Source: a virus (taxonomy: Duplodnaviria > Caudoviricetes). Taken from it: a DNA stretch of 64,000 nucleotides. Position numbers and translations under genes: made by a program. The notes beneath the pieces were generated by a model. It was not told the origin of the DNA and did no database searches. It saw only the letters and a list, made by a program, of their open reading frames with translations. Shown one piece after another: positions 31,201 to 39,922 of this stretch. Each line of letters opens with the position of its first letter. Position 1 is the stretch's first letter. Location: the IMG/VR virus record IMGVR_UViG_3300008954_000046, positions 2,192 through 66,191 of that record, one strand, 5' to 3'.

Positions 31201-31992
31201 ATGCAAGTAACAGTAAATGGATTAACTTTATTTAAAGCAACTGATAGAACTATGGATGATGGGGATTTTTGGACAGATGGCCAAACCCTTTCAATACGTA
31301 AGGATACCCTAGAAGAGGATGACCTAATTAATATATTCTATGTTCCTAATAGTACTTACCGAAGTCACTATACCCAATACATTACAGTTCCAGGGACTAT
31401 CACTAGTGCAGATACTAGTAATTTATATTATAATGGAATTTATTACATGTTAAAATTAGATGAAGAACCTTTAGGTGCTGTAGGAATGGTATTAAATGGA
31501 ACCGTTTTATATGGAGGAGCAGATTTTGAAGTAGTAGGAAGCCAACTCTTACAAATTAGTGCGGTTAATTATCCTGGTGGGCTACAACAAGGAGATAGGA
31601 TAGTACTATTTTATTTTACGAGATTAACAGTGCCTGGAATAGCTGCGGTGAAGAATCCAGAGGTCAAGATAACCCAAATAACTAATGTAAGAAATAATGA
31701 AGAAGTTAAATTAGTTGTTTACAATTCATCAGGAACTAGTGTATTTAATCAAACAAGAGTATTGCCGAAGGGCATTTCAGGAAATAGGGATTTAGGATTT
31801 ACTATTTCGGTACCAGAACCAGGTAGTTATTACTACCAATTACAAGCAATAAGAGAATATCCATTAATTAGTAATGATATGATAAAAACAGAAACATCGA
31901 CAGAAAAGATACCATTTAGAATGACACCGGCAACCTTTTACTCTAAAGCAGCAACAAATGTTTCCAGATACGGTACTGGAAAGGGCTATTAA
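28243..31992 (+). CDS. tail appendage / adhesin-like protein (SprB-like N-terminus, lectin-like middle, tail beta-sandwich repeats)
   Basis: CTGSIT..GGVGPYSFQW...GLCTGSYSGTVTDMQG (SprB-like); YTHEVTLGSTMNDNDSIGVV (thrombospondin-C/L-lectin-like); two V.[VL]NG..L...DF......L...D.I...Y repeats near the C-terminus. Confidence 0.65.
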   Translation: MGGPIFNSYNVRYTLSGSCTGSITNVVLEGGVGPYSFQWLGAPIGTGYPITYTAATSNIHGLCTGSYSGTVTDMQGSATTEVIEVGEIPNVSLSATVVNNGCTISPSQFCSIRVHRFTHTQPEVRYELYRDGIITQKATYLGSGNHPHLFENLRTGSYTLTAYDGNIFSYVQTAITGCTTGDANTGAMSAATIVENWDRWAVWGQGRTTFDNTNYYGTGLFDQPYFFTNFKDGDGGYYVTGGNFLTDEELEDETKAFEDETAYSDSDVILESDYAPTKSGEASTGDESRSSSDSSSRSDDTALENNYAPYFWFYTGTTFAQNGDDRLTDNSKQWFYQPPLSEQASYEGEDLGPSGVAKAVANWGSFYYSTKINRFVILQYTALGGTNYEWATFRPTRDQGRFGNPTAADTLTDNTQWGCADTTADQYTVSGAPQVVVSAVEKYNAKDHPDLKPTRPGSCMIQGTANTGVANGFISSCAYLNYTHEVTLGSTMNDNDSIGVVLCWFRDTEGDYGPKGTSHSITATLGNQNNSNPPRLTIGYNTGHSTYAFRSIDLEQPWNSSFSNTVGSSLSTYTTAGSQYFRDQGFVRMRIKRSGTQGENFFIEMTDTMGNTGGIQTNATKNIGDLNPYNSANNFSFSLLDPTTWSGNTTTAQDYVTGKELVKFIGSQKYGYYVSSQGAAQFFDIAFSGYQTNFIPVATQAGASESGYFELFNSTTVNTDHSDTSIDNWNKHFGGGYPGIVEVPVIKPTVSVQMQTFIEPDVIISGATKINYPSSQYAVYYCDDIEDVPLTLTWVNETVEMRTNKSYGKYSVFPYVPEAGEFLSKPLVNRMFDNTPIVVSGATGLFTQASDNLPISYFPCQDYWEYCIKPSSIFKDRVDKIYYTGCKSNVLSGTTNTWYDTLDLNRRGNEQYGIYDRNKDYYLILVSRPTLPIIRTANFAYANEGPCEVYNQQVIAMSASTTAATGSLIVSGRTWVTPLNYPCNGQMQVTVNGLTLFKATDRTMDDGDFWTDGQTLSIRKDTLEEDDLINIFYVPNSTYRSHYTQYITVPGTITSADTSNLYYNGIYYMLKLDEEPLGAVGMVLNGTVLYGGADFEVVGSQLLQISAVNYPGGLQQGDRIVLFYFTRLTVPGIAAVKNPEVKITQITNVRNNEEVKLVVYNSSGTSVFNQTRVLPKGISGNRDLGFTISVPEPGSYYYQLQAIREYPLISNDMIKTETSTEKIPFRMTPATFYSKAATNVSRYGTGKGY

Positions 31993-32006
31993 AGTTTAGG
32001 TTATAA

Positions 32007-32013
32007 TATTTAT
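32007..32013 (+). promoter_or_regulatory. TATTTAT box (putative late promoter)
   Basis: 22 nt before ATG 32036. Confidence 0.6.
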
Positions 32014-32035
32014 TAAAAGATAAAACAAAAAAAAG

Positions 32036-34525
32036 ATGAGCTATATATTAAAAAATAATTCTGGGTTAGTAACCGTCAGGTTAACAGACGCAGGAAGAAA
32101 GAAATTATCCCAGGGAAATTTATCCCTGTCACTCTTCCAACTAGGGGATAGTGAGTTCTGCTATGATTGTTATACAGATGTATTGCAATTAGATTCGGGT
32201 ATATGGGTGACGGAACCAAAATGGAACGCACAAAATATATCCAACGTAGCAGCCGAAAGAAATAAACAAAATGTTAAATACCCTATACCAGTATTATCTA
32301 ATAATAGTGGGTCAACATACGGGGTTTTATCACCAGCACATAGTGAACAACCAGTCTATAATACTGCCAGACCAAGAGGATTTTTCTCAGGCTCATCTAG
32401 TAACTTCTCTCAGAATGGTCTAGCAGGTATGGGATTCAGTGCGTTTACGAGTGCAGGTTATGTTTTATCAGCTAATTGGTGTTTCCCATTGTCTGCAATG
32501 ACAGGTGGGTCGGTGATGTATCTATGGAGTGGTAATACACAATGTAGTAATCAAGATTATTGGGCACAACCAGGGGATTTGGTAATGGTACAATATGTTA
32601 ATCCATTTACACCCAACCACTTATATCCAGGATGTGACGGAACCCAAGGAGGAACTGGTGGATTATTAAATATGCCAACCAATTTCTCCACCCCATATCT
32701 TTTCTATAATGTAATTAGTGGGGCCACTAGTGCGGCCACCCACACTAAAATAACTCAACAATATATCACAGTAGATAGGAATTTACCAGATTGGACTTAT
32801 TATAATTTCCCTCATTTTGGACCAGGTCTGGTTCCATCTGCACAAACTACATGTGCTAGAGTATTGATTATACCAGGAGGTGGTGTCACAAGTTACTGGG
32901 GTGCAGACACCCCAATTCCTTATTGGTCTCCAGGTTCCTTATCTTTTGATAATAATTGTGACGTATCCGTTAAAGATGTGAATATTTGGAATATGAATAT
33001 TAACTGGACTCAATGGGACGGTAATAATATTAATGCAGGAACTGTTGCAGGAGTTAATAAAAATGTATATGAAAATGTAGATGGTTATGGTTCTACAGGT
33101 TATTGTAGTACGAAAGAATACCTGGGTTATAATAGTGACGATGGTCAATTTGATACCACAAACGCTCAAGATTATTATGGAGCAAATAATGTAGAAGGGT
33201 ACGAACCTGAAACATCGGGAACTTTTATCAGAGATTCTTTTGGTAAAATTAGAACTATTTTACCGTCTGACCAGAGATGTGTTGCGGTCTTACATTATAC
33301 TAACTATACTATTTCTAATTTCTATGGTGAGAAATTTGCATTAGAACCTAACGGTACAGTATTAAATGGTATAGGAGAAATGGATAACTTTAAAATTCAT
33401 CTTCCGTATATTATGTGGCATAAGAAAAAAGGAAGTGGCACAGGTTTAGGAGATGAATGCCAAATAGGTCAAACTTTTTATGTGGACCCTCCAGGATTCT
33501 CAGTTGCAGAAGAACACTATATAGAGTCTACACCAAATCAAGACATGAACACACCAGGAATTAGGTATTATCATTTATGGGATAATAATTTAGCTGCTAC
33601 CAATTCTACAGGACAAGGTGTCCCAAATAGAGTAGGTAAAGTTTTTCCTGATTTACAGATGATTACTATAGATGACCAAGAACTTATTGCAGCACTTTCT
33701 TATAAGTCCAATAGAAACTGGACACTTCCGATGCCAAAACTAGAATTAATTCCAGCGGGAACTAATTGTAGTGGAACAGTAAGTCAGGTAGGACTATTTA
33801 ATTCAACACCAAACACAGAAGAGTTATATGTGTCTTATCTAATGGGAAGTGTGACAGGGTATACTACAGGAATGCATTGTAACTATTATAGTAAAATTAT
33901 CGGCGATACTTCAGCAGGTTCCAGAGATGTAACACTTGCCTTTGGTCCTGAATGGCCTTACTTGAGAGGTTATAACGCTGCCAATTGTACTTATTCAGGA
34001 ACAGGATGGCAAGCAGATTCATTTAATGTCATATTCCAAAAGGTTCCGTACGGAACTTATCCAGACCCAGCTAATTGGAAAATTTATGATATAACGAGTC
34101 AAGTGAGTAACCATACACCATCAAATCCAATATTTGGTACAAATATGGCTAATAGTAATTGTAGTTTTTACATCAATAATGACATTTACACAGGGGCAAC
34201 GGGTTATACTTTCCACAATTATATTAATGTTCCATTGAATAATGACCAAGAACCTTGGTTACTACAATTTGGAGACGAAGAATTTTTCTTTGGTAATTTA
34301 GAAACTGATATAATGGCTACAATATATGAAATGAAATATAATGTGACCGTAAGTAATAATCAATTTAACACCTCTTTAAACCCAACATGGGCAAATGCAA
34401 ATACTGTTAGAATTACAGAGATTGGACTATTTGACGCTCAAAAAGATTTGATGGCGATAGCAAAATTAAGAAGTCCAGTAAAGAGACAAGGAACACAAAC
34501 ATTTGTGGTTAAAATTGATTATTAA
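32036..34525 (+). CDS. tail-fibre anchor (tail-collar/DUF3751-like) protein with large internal insert
   Basis: N-terminal RLTDAGRKKLSQGNL.LSLFQLGDSE and C-terminal VRITEIGLFDAQKDLMAIAKLRSPVKR resemble the two halves of the P2 gpH-type fibre N-domain. Confidence 0.7.
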   Translation: MSYILKNNSGLVTVRLTDAGRKKLSQGNLSLSLFQLGDSEFCYDCYTDVLQLDSGIWVTEPKWNAQNISNVAAERNKQNVKYPIPVLSNNSGSTYGVLSPAHSEQPVYNTARPRGFFSGSSSNFSQNGLAGMGFSAFTSAGYVLSANWCFPLSAMTGGSVMYLWSGNTQCSNQDYWAQPGDLVMVQYVNPFTPNHLYPGCDGTQGGTGGLLNMPTNFSTPYLFYNVISGATSAATHTKITQQYITVDRNLPDWTYYNFPHFGPGLVPSAQTTCARVLIIPGGGVTSYWGADTPIPYWSPGSLSFDNNCDVSVKDVNIWNMNINWTQWDGNNINAGTVAGVNKNVYENVDGYGSTGYCSTKEYLGYNSDDGQFDTTNAQDYYGANNVEGYEPETSGTFIRDSFGKIRTILPSDQRCVAVLHYTNYTISNFYGEKFALEPNGTVLNGIGEMDNFKIHLPYIMWHKKKGSGTGLGDECQIGQTFYVDPPGFSVAEEHYIESTPNQDMNTPGIRYYHLWDNNLAATNSTGQGVPNRVGKVFPDLQMITIDDQELIAALSYKSNRNWTLPMPKLELIPAGTNCSGTVSQVGLFNSTPNTEELYVSYLMGSVTGYTTGMHCNYYSKIIGDTSAGSRDVTLAFGPEWPYLRGYNAANCTYSGTGWQADSFNVIFQKVPYGTYPDPANWKIYDITSQVSNHTPSNPIFGTNMANSNCSFYINNDIYTGATGYTFHNYINVPLNNDQEPWLLQFGDEEFFFGNLETDIMATIYEMKYNVTVSNNQFNTSLNPTWANANTVRITEIGLFDAQKDLMAIAKLRSPVKRQGTQTFVVKIDY

Positions 34526-34533
34526 GTTTTTAA

Positions 34534-37500
34534 ATGGGATTTTTAGAATTAGGAAATATAAAAATTAAAACACTTGAGTTATTCCTTACCGACAAGGGTA
34601 AAGAATTAATGCTTGAGCAAAATGGGTTAGGGCTGCATGACTTAATTAGAAGATTTACACTTTATGATGAAGATTTTGATTATAGGACAACTTCATTGTA
34701 TTGGGAAGACGGACTATCTCCACAACCCCAAAATCCCAACCCACCAGGTAGTGACCAGGGACTAGTTAATGATTTTGGACTGAACCCGAATACGTCTTCT
34801 AATCCCAAAGCGGACGCTCCTACTTCAGGAACGAGTGCCTATTTCGATATTACAGATGTAAGAGGCCATAGAAATAGATTCATCCAAAATTGTTTTAACT
34901 TTACCGCTTATACTTCAGGAATTACAGAATGTACTAACATCTATTGTTTTTATGATTGTACTAGTGTGTCCGAAGCTATTGCTATAGACGCAAAAGCAGG
35001 TATTGATACATGGACCACTGGTTATAGAGCGGCTAACCCAGATTGGTTTGGAAAGGTATTCCATGTTACTTTATATGGAGAGAGATGGATAAATTCTTCT
35101 TATTATCCGTGGCATGGAGAATTAGATACTGTTAGTTATTCTGTAAGTAGTTCACCTAACTCCCCAAGTACCAGTATGGTTAATGCGGCTACTAATTCCG
35201 TGTATTATCCACCAGGAGGTGGAACATCTCAAATAGTAGCAAGTAATCCTACGGGTGAACTATATGGGGTAACAGGTAATTTTTGTGGAACAGAAAGTAA
35301 TAACGCTTATGATGCATCATTTCAAGTCCTTCCTCCAGGAACATATTTAGATGATTCAGGTTCTCCAGGTTCTACAGCTTCTAGAGGTAGTAAATTAGTA
35401 TATTATGTTACAGGATGTAGTCATACACAACAAACAAATACTAATCACCAGGGTAATCTGAATAAAGAAATAGGTCCTGTTAATACCAGTACCCATGATT
35501 TACCTTACACTGCTACAACTACTGGTACAATATGGGGAATCCAACCAGGAGGTTCATTATCTCCCTCTTTTACACATAACTCTTTTGTCTCGTTTGACCC
35601 TTCACAAATTGATGGGGATTGTGCTGCTTTAGATTATTGGTTTACTGCAAATTTAGGGATGGCACTGTTTGATGATTTATGTGCAGATAATTGTTGTTCC
35701 GATGATTATGTGGAGACGGGGAGTATATTTAGTTGTGGATGTCAGGTGTACGATAATGTAATACAACGTAGTACTGGGACGACAATTCAATCAACCTATG
35801 GAGGTTTATATCCTGGTTTTGCTTATGGAATATGTAAACACGTTAATGCAGGTGCAGGAATAACCGCACCCGGAGGAGTATTTAGTGGAAGTCCAATAGG
35901 TCAGGTTGCAGTAACAGGCTCAACCGTATTCAATAAGAGTAATTATCATTATCCTTGTGAAATATTTAAAGGAGGTGATAGAAATGTGATGATAATTAAC
36001 ATGACCGATGAATCCGCGGCGTGTAAAGGGAACTCATGGGGAGGTATTTTCCCTCTGGGAGAAAAGAAATATTATGGTAAAGGAAGTGTAAGTTTAGGTG
36101 CACCTTCAGTCTCTACAATCTCACAATGGGGTACCTATACTGGAGAAAGAGGTTATCACGGAGGTCAAGGTCAAGCAGGTGGGTCTACTGATGACATCGA
36201 CGCGACTTTCTTTGGAACAGCATCCGTCAAACAGGCAGAGGCTATGGGATGGAATGCAGATGGAACACAAAGTTTGGGACCTAATGGGTGTCATGATTTA
36301 TCTGGTCTTATGCCCGACCCACAACCAACTCCAGATTTCCAGTATGGTCAAGATTTATTTATGAGAACCTTACCTTTTTATGATAATTTTATCGGTTTTG
36401 CATATCCAGTAGTAAAAGACCAAAATGCTTGGTTATTTCATTATGTACAACATGTGTATGGTGCAGTTATAGGAGGAACTTTAGATTTATCGGCAGGAGC
36501 TCCTTATGAAATACCAGTCAACAAAACAATTTCTCAATTTACCACTTCCTACCAACAAGGATTCGGAGCATTAAGTGGGGCTAATCCTTATTGTGAGTTA
36601 ATCCCTGTAATATATCACAAACCAGACCCAGCAATAGACGGTCCTTATGGCCCTACTAAAACACCAGCGTGGGGTAATGACGGTAGTGGAGGATGTGCAG
36701 GTCAGATGGTACCAACTACTTCATGTATAGAATCACATACTTCTACTTGGGCGGCCGACTACCCATCAGGACTTATAAATTATGGATGGGGGATAAATCC
36801 AACCGTTGGATGTTTGGGAGGGGTGCCATGTAGTAGTTCTGCTATTTTTACTTCACAAGATTTCCAAAATGATTTAAGTGCATTTATTTCAGGTGGTACA
36901 AGAAGTATAGTTGAATTAAGTGGATGTACTTACTGTCAATGTTTACCAGCAGTCTTTATTAATAGAATTGGACCACCAGACCCAGTTATAGTAGATAGTG
37001 GATGTCTCTGTCCAGATGGAACCTACTCACCAGCATGTTGTCCAGATGTTCCAGATATTGTAGAATCTTTATGTGGTCCACACCCGACAAGTTCAAGTAC
37101 ATTACGTAGTGTGAGAACTATTACCCCAACAAATCAATCTCCAACTCTTGATAATAGTGTTGATAGTAATCAAGTTTTAAGAAATTACGGTGGTGAAGGA
37201 AATTGGGGGAACGCACAAATGATGGGAGGAATGGACTTATCTACTGTTAGTTTATCTAAACAAAGAAGAGGACTAAGTGTTGATATTAAAGCTCAAATTC
37301 AACCATTTGGTTATGAAAGAAACGGAGAGACCCTTTTAGATTATGACGTTTTATTAACTAATGAAAGTTACATGGATGATTATAAGTTGACAAAAGGAGA
37401 TGCCTCTTATTATTGGATTATAGAGAGTGGACTAGAAGAGTTACGTCCAGGTTACATACCAAGACTTAAAAAATGTAATCAAATAGACGCATCAGAAGTA

Positions 37501-37713
37501 AGAATAAAAGCATTAGGTGGAGGAAACGAAGATTTCATTTATTTAAATACGATTAGAACCTTAAATGAAGGCCATTATTGGAAACACCAACAGACAGAAT
37601 ATTGTATAACGTTAGCTGTAGAAATACAAGGAAAAATGTTAATCAACACCAAAAGAATAAGAATTATGGGTAATCCACATAGTGGATGGCACATTAAATC
37701 ACTAACTAGTTAA
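34534..37713 (+). CDS. tail appendage protein with fibre-anchor-like N-terminus and vWA-like domain
   Basis: LFLTDKGKELML...IRRFTLYDEDFDY N-terminus; colinear similarity to the middle of the 2989-aa protein. Confidence 0.65.
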   Translation: MGFLELGNIKIKTLELFLTDKGKELMLEQNGLGLHDLIRRFTLYDEDFDYRTTSLYWEDGLSPQPQNPNPPGSDQGLVNDFGLNPNTSSNPKADAPTSGTSAYFDITDVRGHRNRFIQNCFNFTAYTSGITECTNIYCFYDCTSVSEAIAIDAKAGIDTWTTGYRAANPDWFGKVFHVTLYGERWINSSYYPWHGELDTVSYSVSSSPNSPSTSMVNAATNSVYYPPGGGTSQIVASNPTGELYGVTGNFCGTESNNAYDASFQVLPPGTYLDDSGSPGSTASRGSKLVYYVTGCSHTQQTNTNHQGNLNKEIGPVNTSTHDLPYTATTTGTIWGIQPGGSLSPSFTHNSFVSFDPSQIDGDCAALDYWFTANLGMALFDDLCADNCCSDDYVETGSIFSCGCQVYDNVIQRSTGTTIQSTYGGLYPGFAYGICKHVNAGAGITAPGGVFSGSPIGQVAVTGSTVFNKSNYHYPCEIFKGGDRNVMIINMTDESAACKGNSWGGIFPLGEKKYYGKGSVSLGAPSVSTISQWGTYTGERGYHGGQGQAGGSTDDIDATFFGTASVKQAEAMGWNADGTQSLGPNGCHDLSGLMPDPQPTPDFQYGQDLFMRTLPFYDNFIGFAYPVVKDQNAWLFHYVQHVYGAVIGGTLDLSAGAPYEIPVNKTISQFTTSYQQGFGALSGANPYCELIPVIYHKPDPAIDGPYGPTKTPAWGNDGSGGCAGQMVPTTSCIESHTSTWAADYPSGLINYGWGINPTVGCLGGVPCSSSAIFTSQDFQNDLSAFISGGTRSIVELSGCTYCQCLPAVFINRIGPPDPVIVDSGCLCPDGTYSPACCPDVPDIVESLCGPHPTSSSTLRSVRTITPTNQSPTLDNSVDSNQVLRNYGGEGNWGNAQMMGGMDLSTVSLSKQRRGLSVDIKAQIQPFGYERNGETLLDYDVLLTNESYMDDYKLTKGDASYYWIIESGLEELRPGYIPRLKKCNQIDASEVRIKALGGGNEDFIYLNTIRTLNEGHYWKHQQTEYCITLAVEIQGKMLINTKRIRIMGNPHSGWHIKSLTS

Positions 37714-37743
37714 CAGTTTACAAATAATAAATGATTATTAAGA

Positions 37744-37750
37744 TAATTAT
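37744..37750 (+). promoter_or_regulatory. TAATTAT variant of the late box
   Basis: 20 nt before ATG 37771; the same variant occurs at 2802-2808 before nrdJ. Confidence 0.4.
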
Positions 37751-37770
37751 AGAATAAAGAATAAAAGAAA

Positions 37771-39465
37771 ATGGGATACGTAACAAGTGCATCTACAACT
37801 TATTTAGACTTACATATGACAATGGCAGGTAGAAAATTACTTTTACAAGGTAGTCTATCTGACACTATAACACAATTTGCAATAGGAGATACAGATGTAG
37901 ATTATAGAAACGCTACGGGGGTTTTACCCGCGGGATATGTACCAGATGTCACTGGGTCTCATTTAAATTGTATATTTGGTGTTAATGATGGATATGATAT
38001 TAAACGTAAGTTAGAGTATGTCTTAGGCCAAACCACTGTGAATCAGACAGCAGCCCAAACAGGACAGATAGTATCTGGGTTTAGAAATAATTCTGGTACT
38101 TTAGATTATGCATCAGACGCAAATGTTACTTTTTATGTCGCGGATATGTTTACTGGATTAAAGGCCCTCTCAATGACACAAATAGGTTTCCATCAATGGA
38201 ATGGTTTAACCGCAAATACATTTACTAATTACTATAAAACAATTTCGGATAGTAGTGGAAGAAATTATGGAGGAAGGTATACTCAGTTATTCGAGGATAT
38301 GGAATATGGGTTAGGTAGAGGATGGTTCGTAGACCTGTCAGAAGGTTTTTACGCATCCATTGCTGGAAACATGCAAAATGTGAGTATTAGTATAGAACCT
38401 GAATCACCTAAAGATGCAGTCTTATTAAGAAAATTAAGTAGTGCAGCGTTTGTTAGTTCTAATAATACCACTATAACTAATAGTACAGAGAGAAGTGCAA
38501 AAATAGGTACTAAAAGAACCAGAGCTTACGTTTCTCCATTTACGGTGGCGGTATCTGGAGTAAAAAATACTGAAGGAGGCACATACAATGGTTCTGGACC
38601 CCTATCAATATGTAATGCATTAGGAGATTATGGGTATGTCTTAGGTGATATCATTAATAAAAAGGTTGGGTATTATCCAGAATATGGAATAGGTGAAAAT
38701 GCAGGAGGATACTATCATCCCCAAATTATTGAAAATAGTAATTATGCACAAACACTAAATGAATCAGGTTTAGATACCTTAGCACCCGCAGCAAGGATTT
38801 TAGATAATAATAATGCGAAAACCAATTATTACTATCCTTTACAAACTAATCAACTTAATACTGACCCAGGAGACAGAAGGTTCCAAGGTAAGGCAGCAGG
38901 AGATTATTTAGGAACTACAGGTGTACGAAATTCAACAACCTCCACTGAAACAGCATTAAACTTCTTTGTTGGAACACCAGAGTTAGAGTTATCAACCCAG
39001 TCAACAGGAAAACAACCTTTATCTTTAAGAACGGTACGAGCTAATATGTCACAAGAACCTAATTTAGGATTAAGTAGAATAGTACAACAAACAGAAGACT
39101 TCTTCTATGCATTGAGTAAAGACCCAGAATCTTCAAGTTGGGTTACGGTGAGTGGGTCTGGTAAGAATGCAGTATATTCGTTTACTATTAATTTAAGAGT
39201 TTCACCACAATTAGAGAAAGATAGATATAAGTCAGCAAAATTAGCACTTTCCTTTGTATTTAGTATTCCTGCTTTACAACCAACCCTAACATGGGTAGAA
39301 CCTACTCCAGAAACTGGGGGGAGATGGTTAATGTTCGGAGATTCAACAGTACAAATATTTGGTGAAGGATATAAGTCTTTAGCGGGACATTACGCTACTA
39401 ACCCTACGAATCTTGTTAATGTAAGTGGGGGAAGCATATATAGAAAAGTTACAATAAATCAATAA
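37771..39465 (+). CDS. tail protein with fibre-anchor-like N-terminus
   Basis: YLDLHMTMAGRKLLLQG...ITQFAIGDTDVDY is paralogous to the N-termini at 32036 and 34534. Confidence 0.65.
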   Translation: MGYVTSASTTYLDLHMTMAGRKLLLQGSLSDTITQFAIGDTDVDYRNATGVLPAGYVPDVTGSHLNCIFGVNDGYDIKRKLEYVLGQTTVNQTAAQTGQIVSGFRNNSGTLDYASDANVTFYVADMFTGLKALSMTQIGFHQWNGLTANTFTNYYKTISDSSGRNYGGRYTQLFEDMEYGLGRGWFVDLSEGFYASIAGNMQNVSISIEPESPKDAVLLRKLSSAAFVSSNNTTITNSTERSAKIGTKRTRAYVSPFTVAVSGVKNTEGGTYNGSGPLSICNALGDYGYVLGDIINKKVGYYPEYGIGENAGGYYHPQIIENSNYAQTLNESGLDTLAPAARILDNNNAKTNYYYPLQTNQLNTDPGDRRFQGKAAGDYLGTTGVRNSTTSTETALNFFVGTPELELSTQSTGKQPLSLRTVRANMSQEPNLGLSRIVQQTEDFFYALSKDPESSSWVTVSGSGKNAVYSFTINLRVSPQLEKDRYKSAKLALSFVFSIPALQPTLTWVEPTPETGGRWLMFGDSTVQIFGEGYKSLAGHYATNPTNLVNVSGGSIYRKVTINQ

Positions 39466-39469
39466 AATT

Positions 39470-39898
39470 ATGGTAGGAGAAATAACAAATAATTTAGTAG
39501 TCAATTTTAACGACAATTTTGGAAGAAATAATTCAATGGATTATGCTAAAGGAGGAGTAGCTTATATCGATAGAGGTAATACTCAAGCAGGAAATCTAAC
39601 TGGTAATGTTACTTATGGAGAAAAGGCAAGTTTAAGTTATGGTCCAGCAAAATTATTATCAGTAGCTAATGAACAAGGAAATTATTCTAAAGGTGGGAAA
39701 ATGTTCGCTACAGAATCTTCAGTAATTAAGAGTTATGTAAATAGAGGAGATAAAAAAACGTCCCCACTTTACTATCAACGATTTTTCTTCCCAGGTAAAA
39801 CAACTTTACCATGGCAGACTAATAATACGTTGGGAGCAGCATCCGCGAGTCCTCTCAATCCTAATATAACCCCACGAGGAGGAAGTGCAGGCTATTAA
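39470..39898 (+). CDS. hypothetical tail-region protein
   Basis: 142-aa Gly/Asn-rich ORF tightly spaced in the operon. Confidence 0.6.
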   Translation: MVGEITNNLVVNFNDNFGRNNSMDYAKGGVAYIDRGNTQAGNLTGNVTYGEKASLSYGPAKLLSVANEQGNYSKGGKMFATESSVIKSYVNRGDKKTSPLYYQRFFFPGKTTLPWQTNNTLGAASASPLNPNITPRGGSAGY

Positions 39899-39922
39899 TA
39901 AAAAGAGATAAAATAAGAAAAC

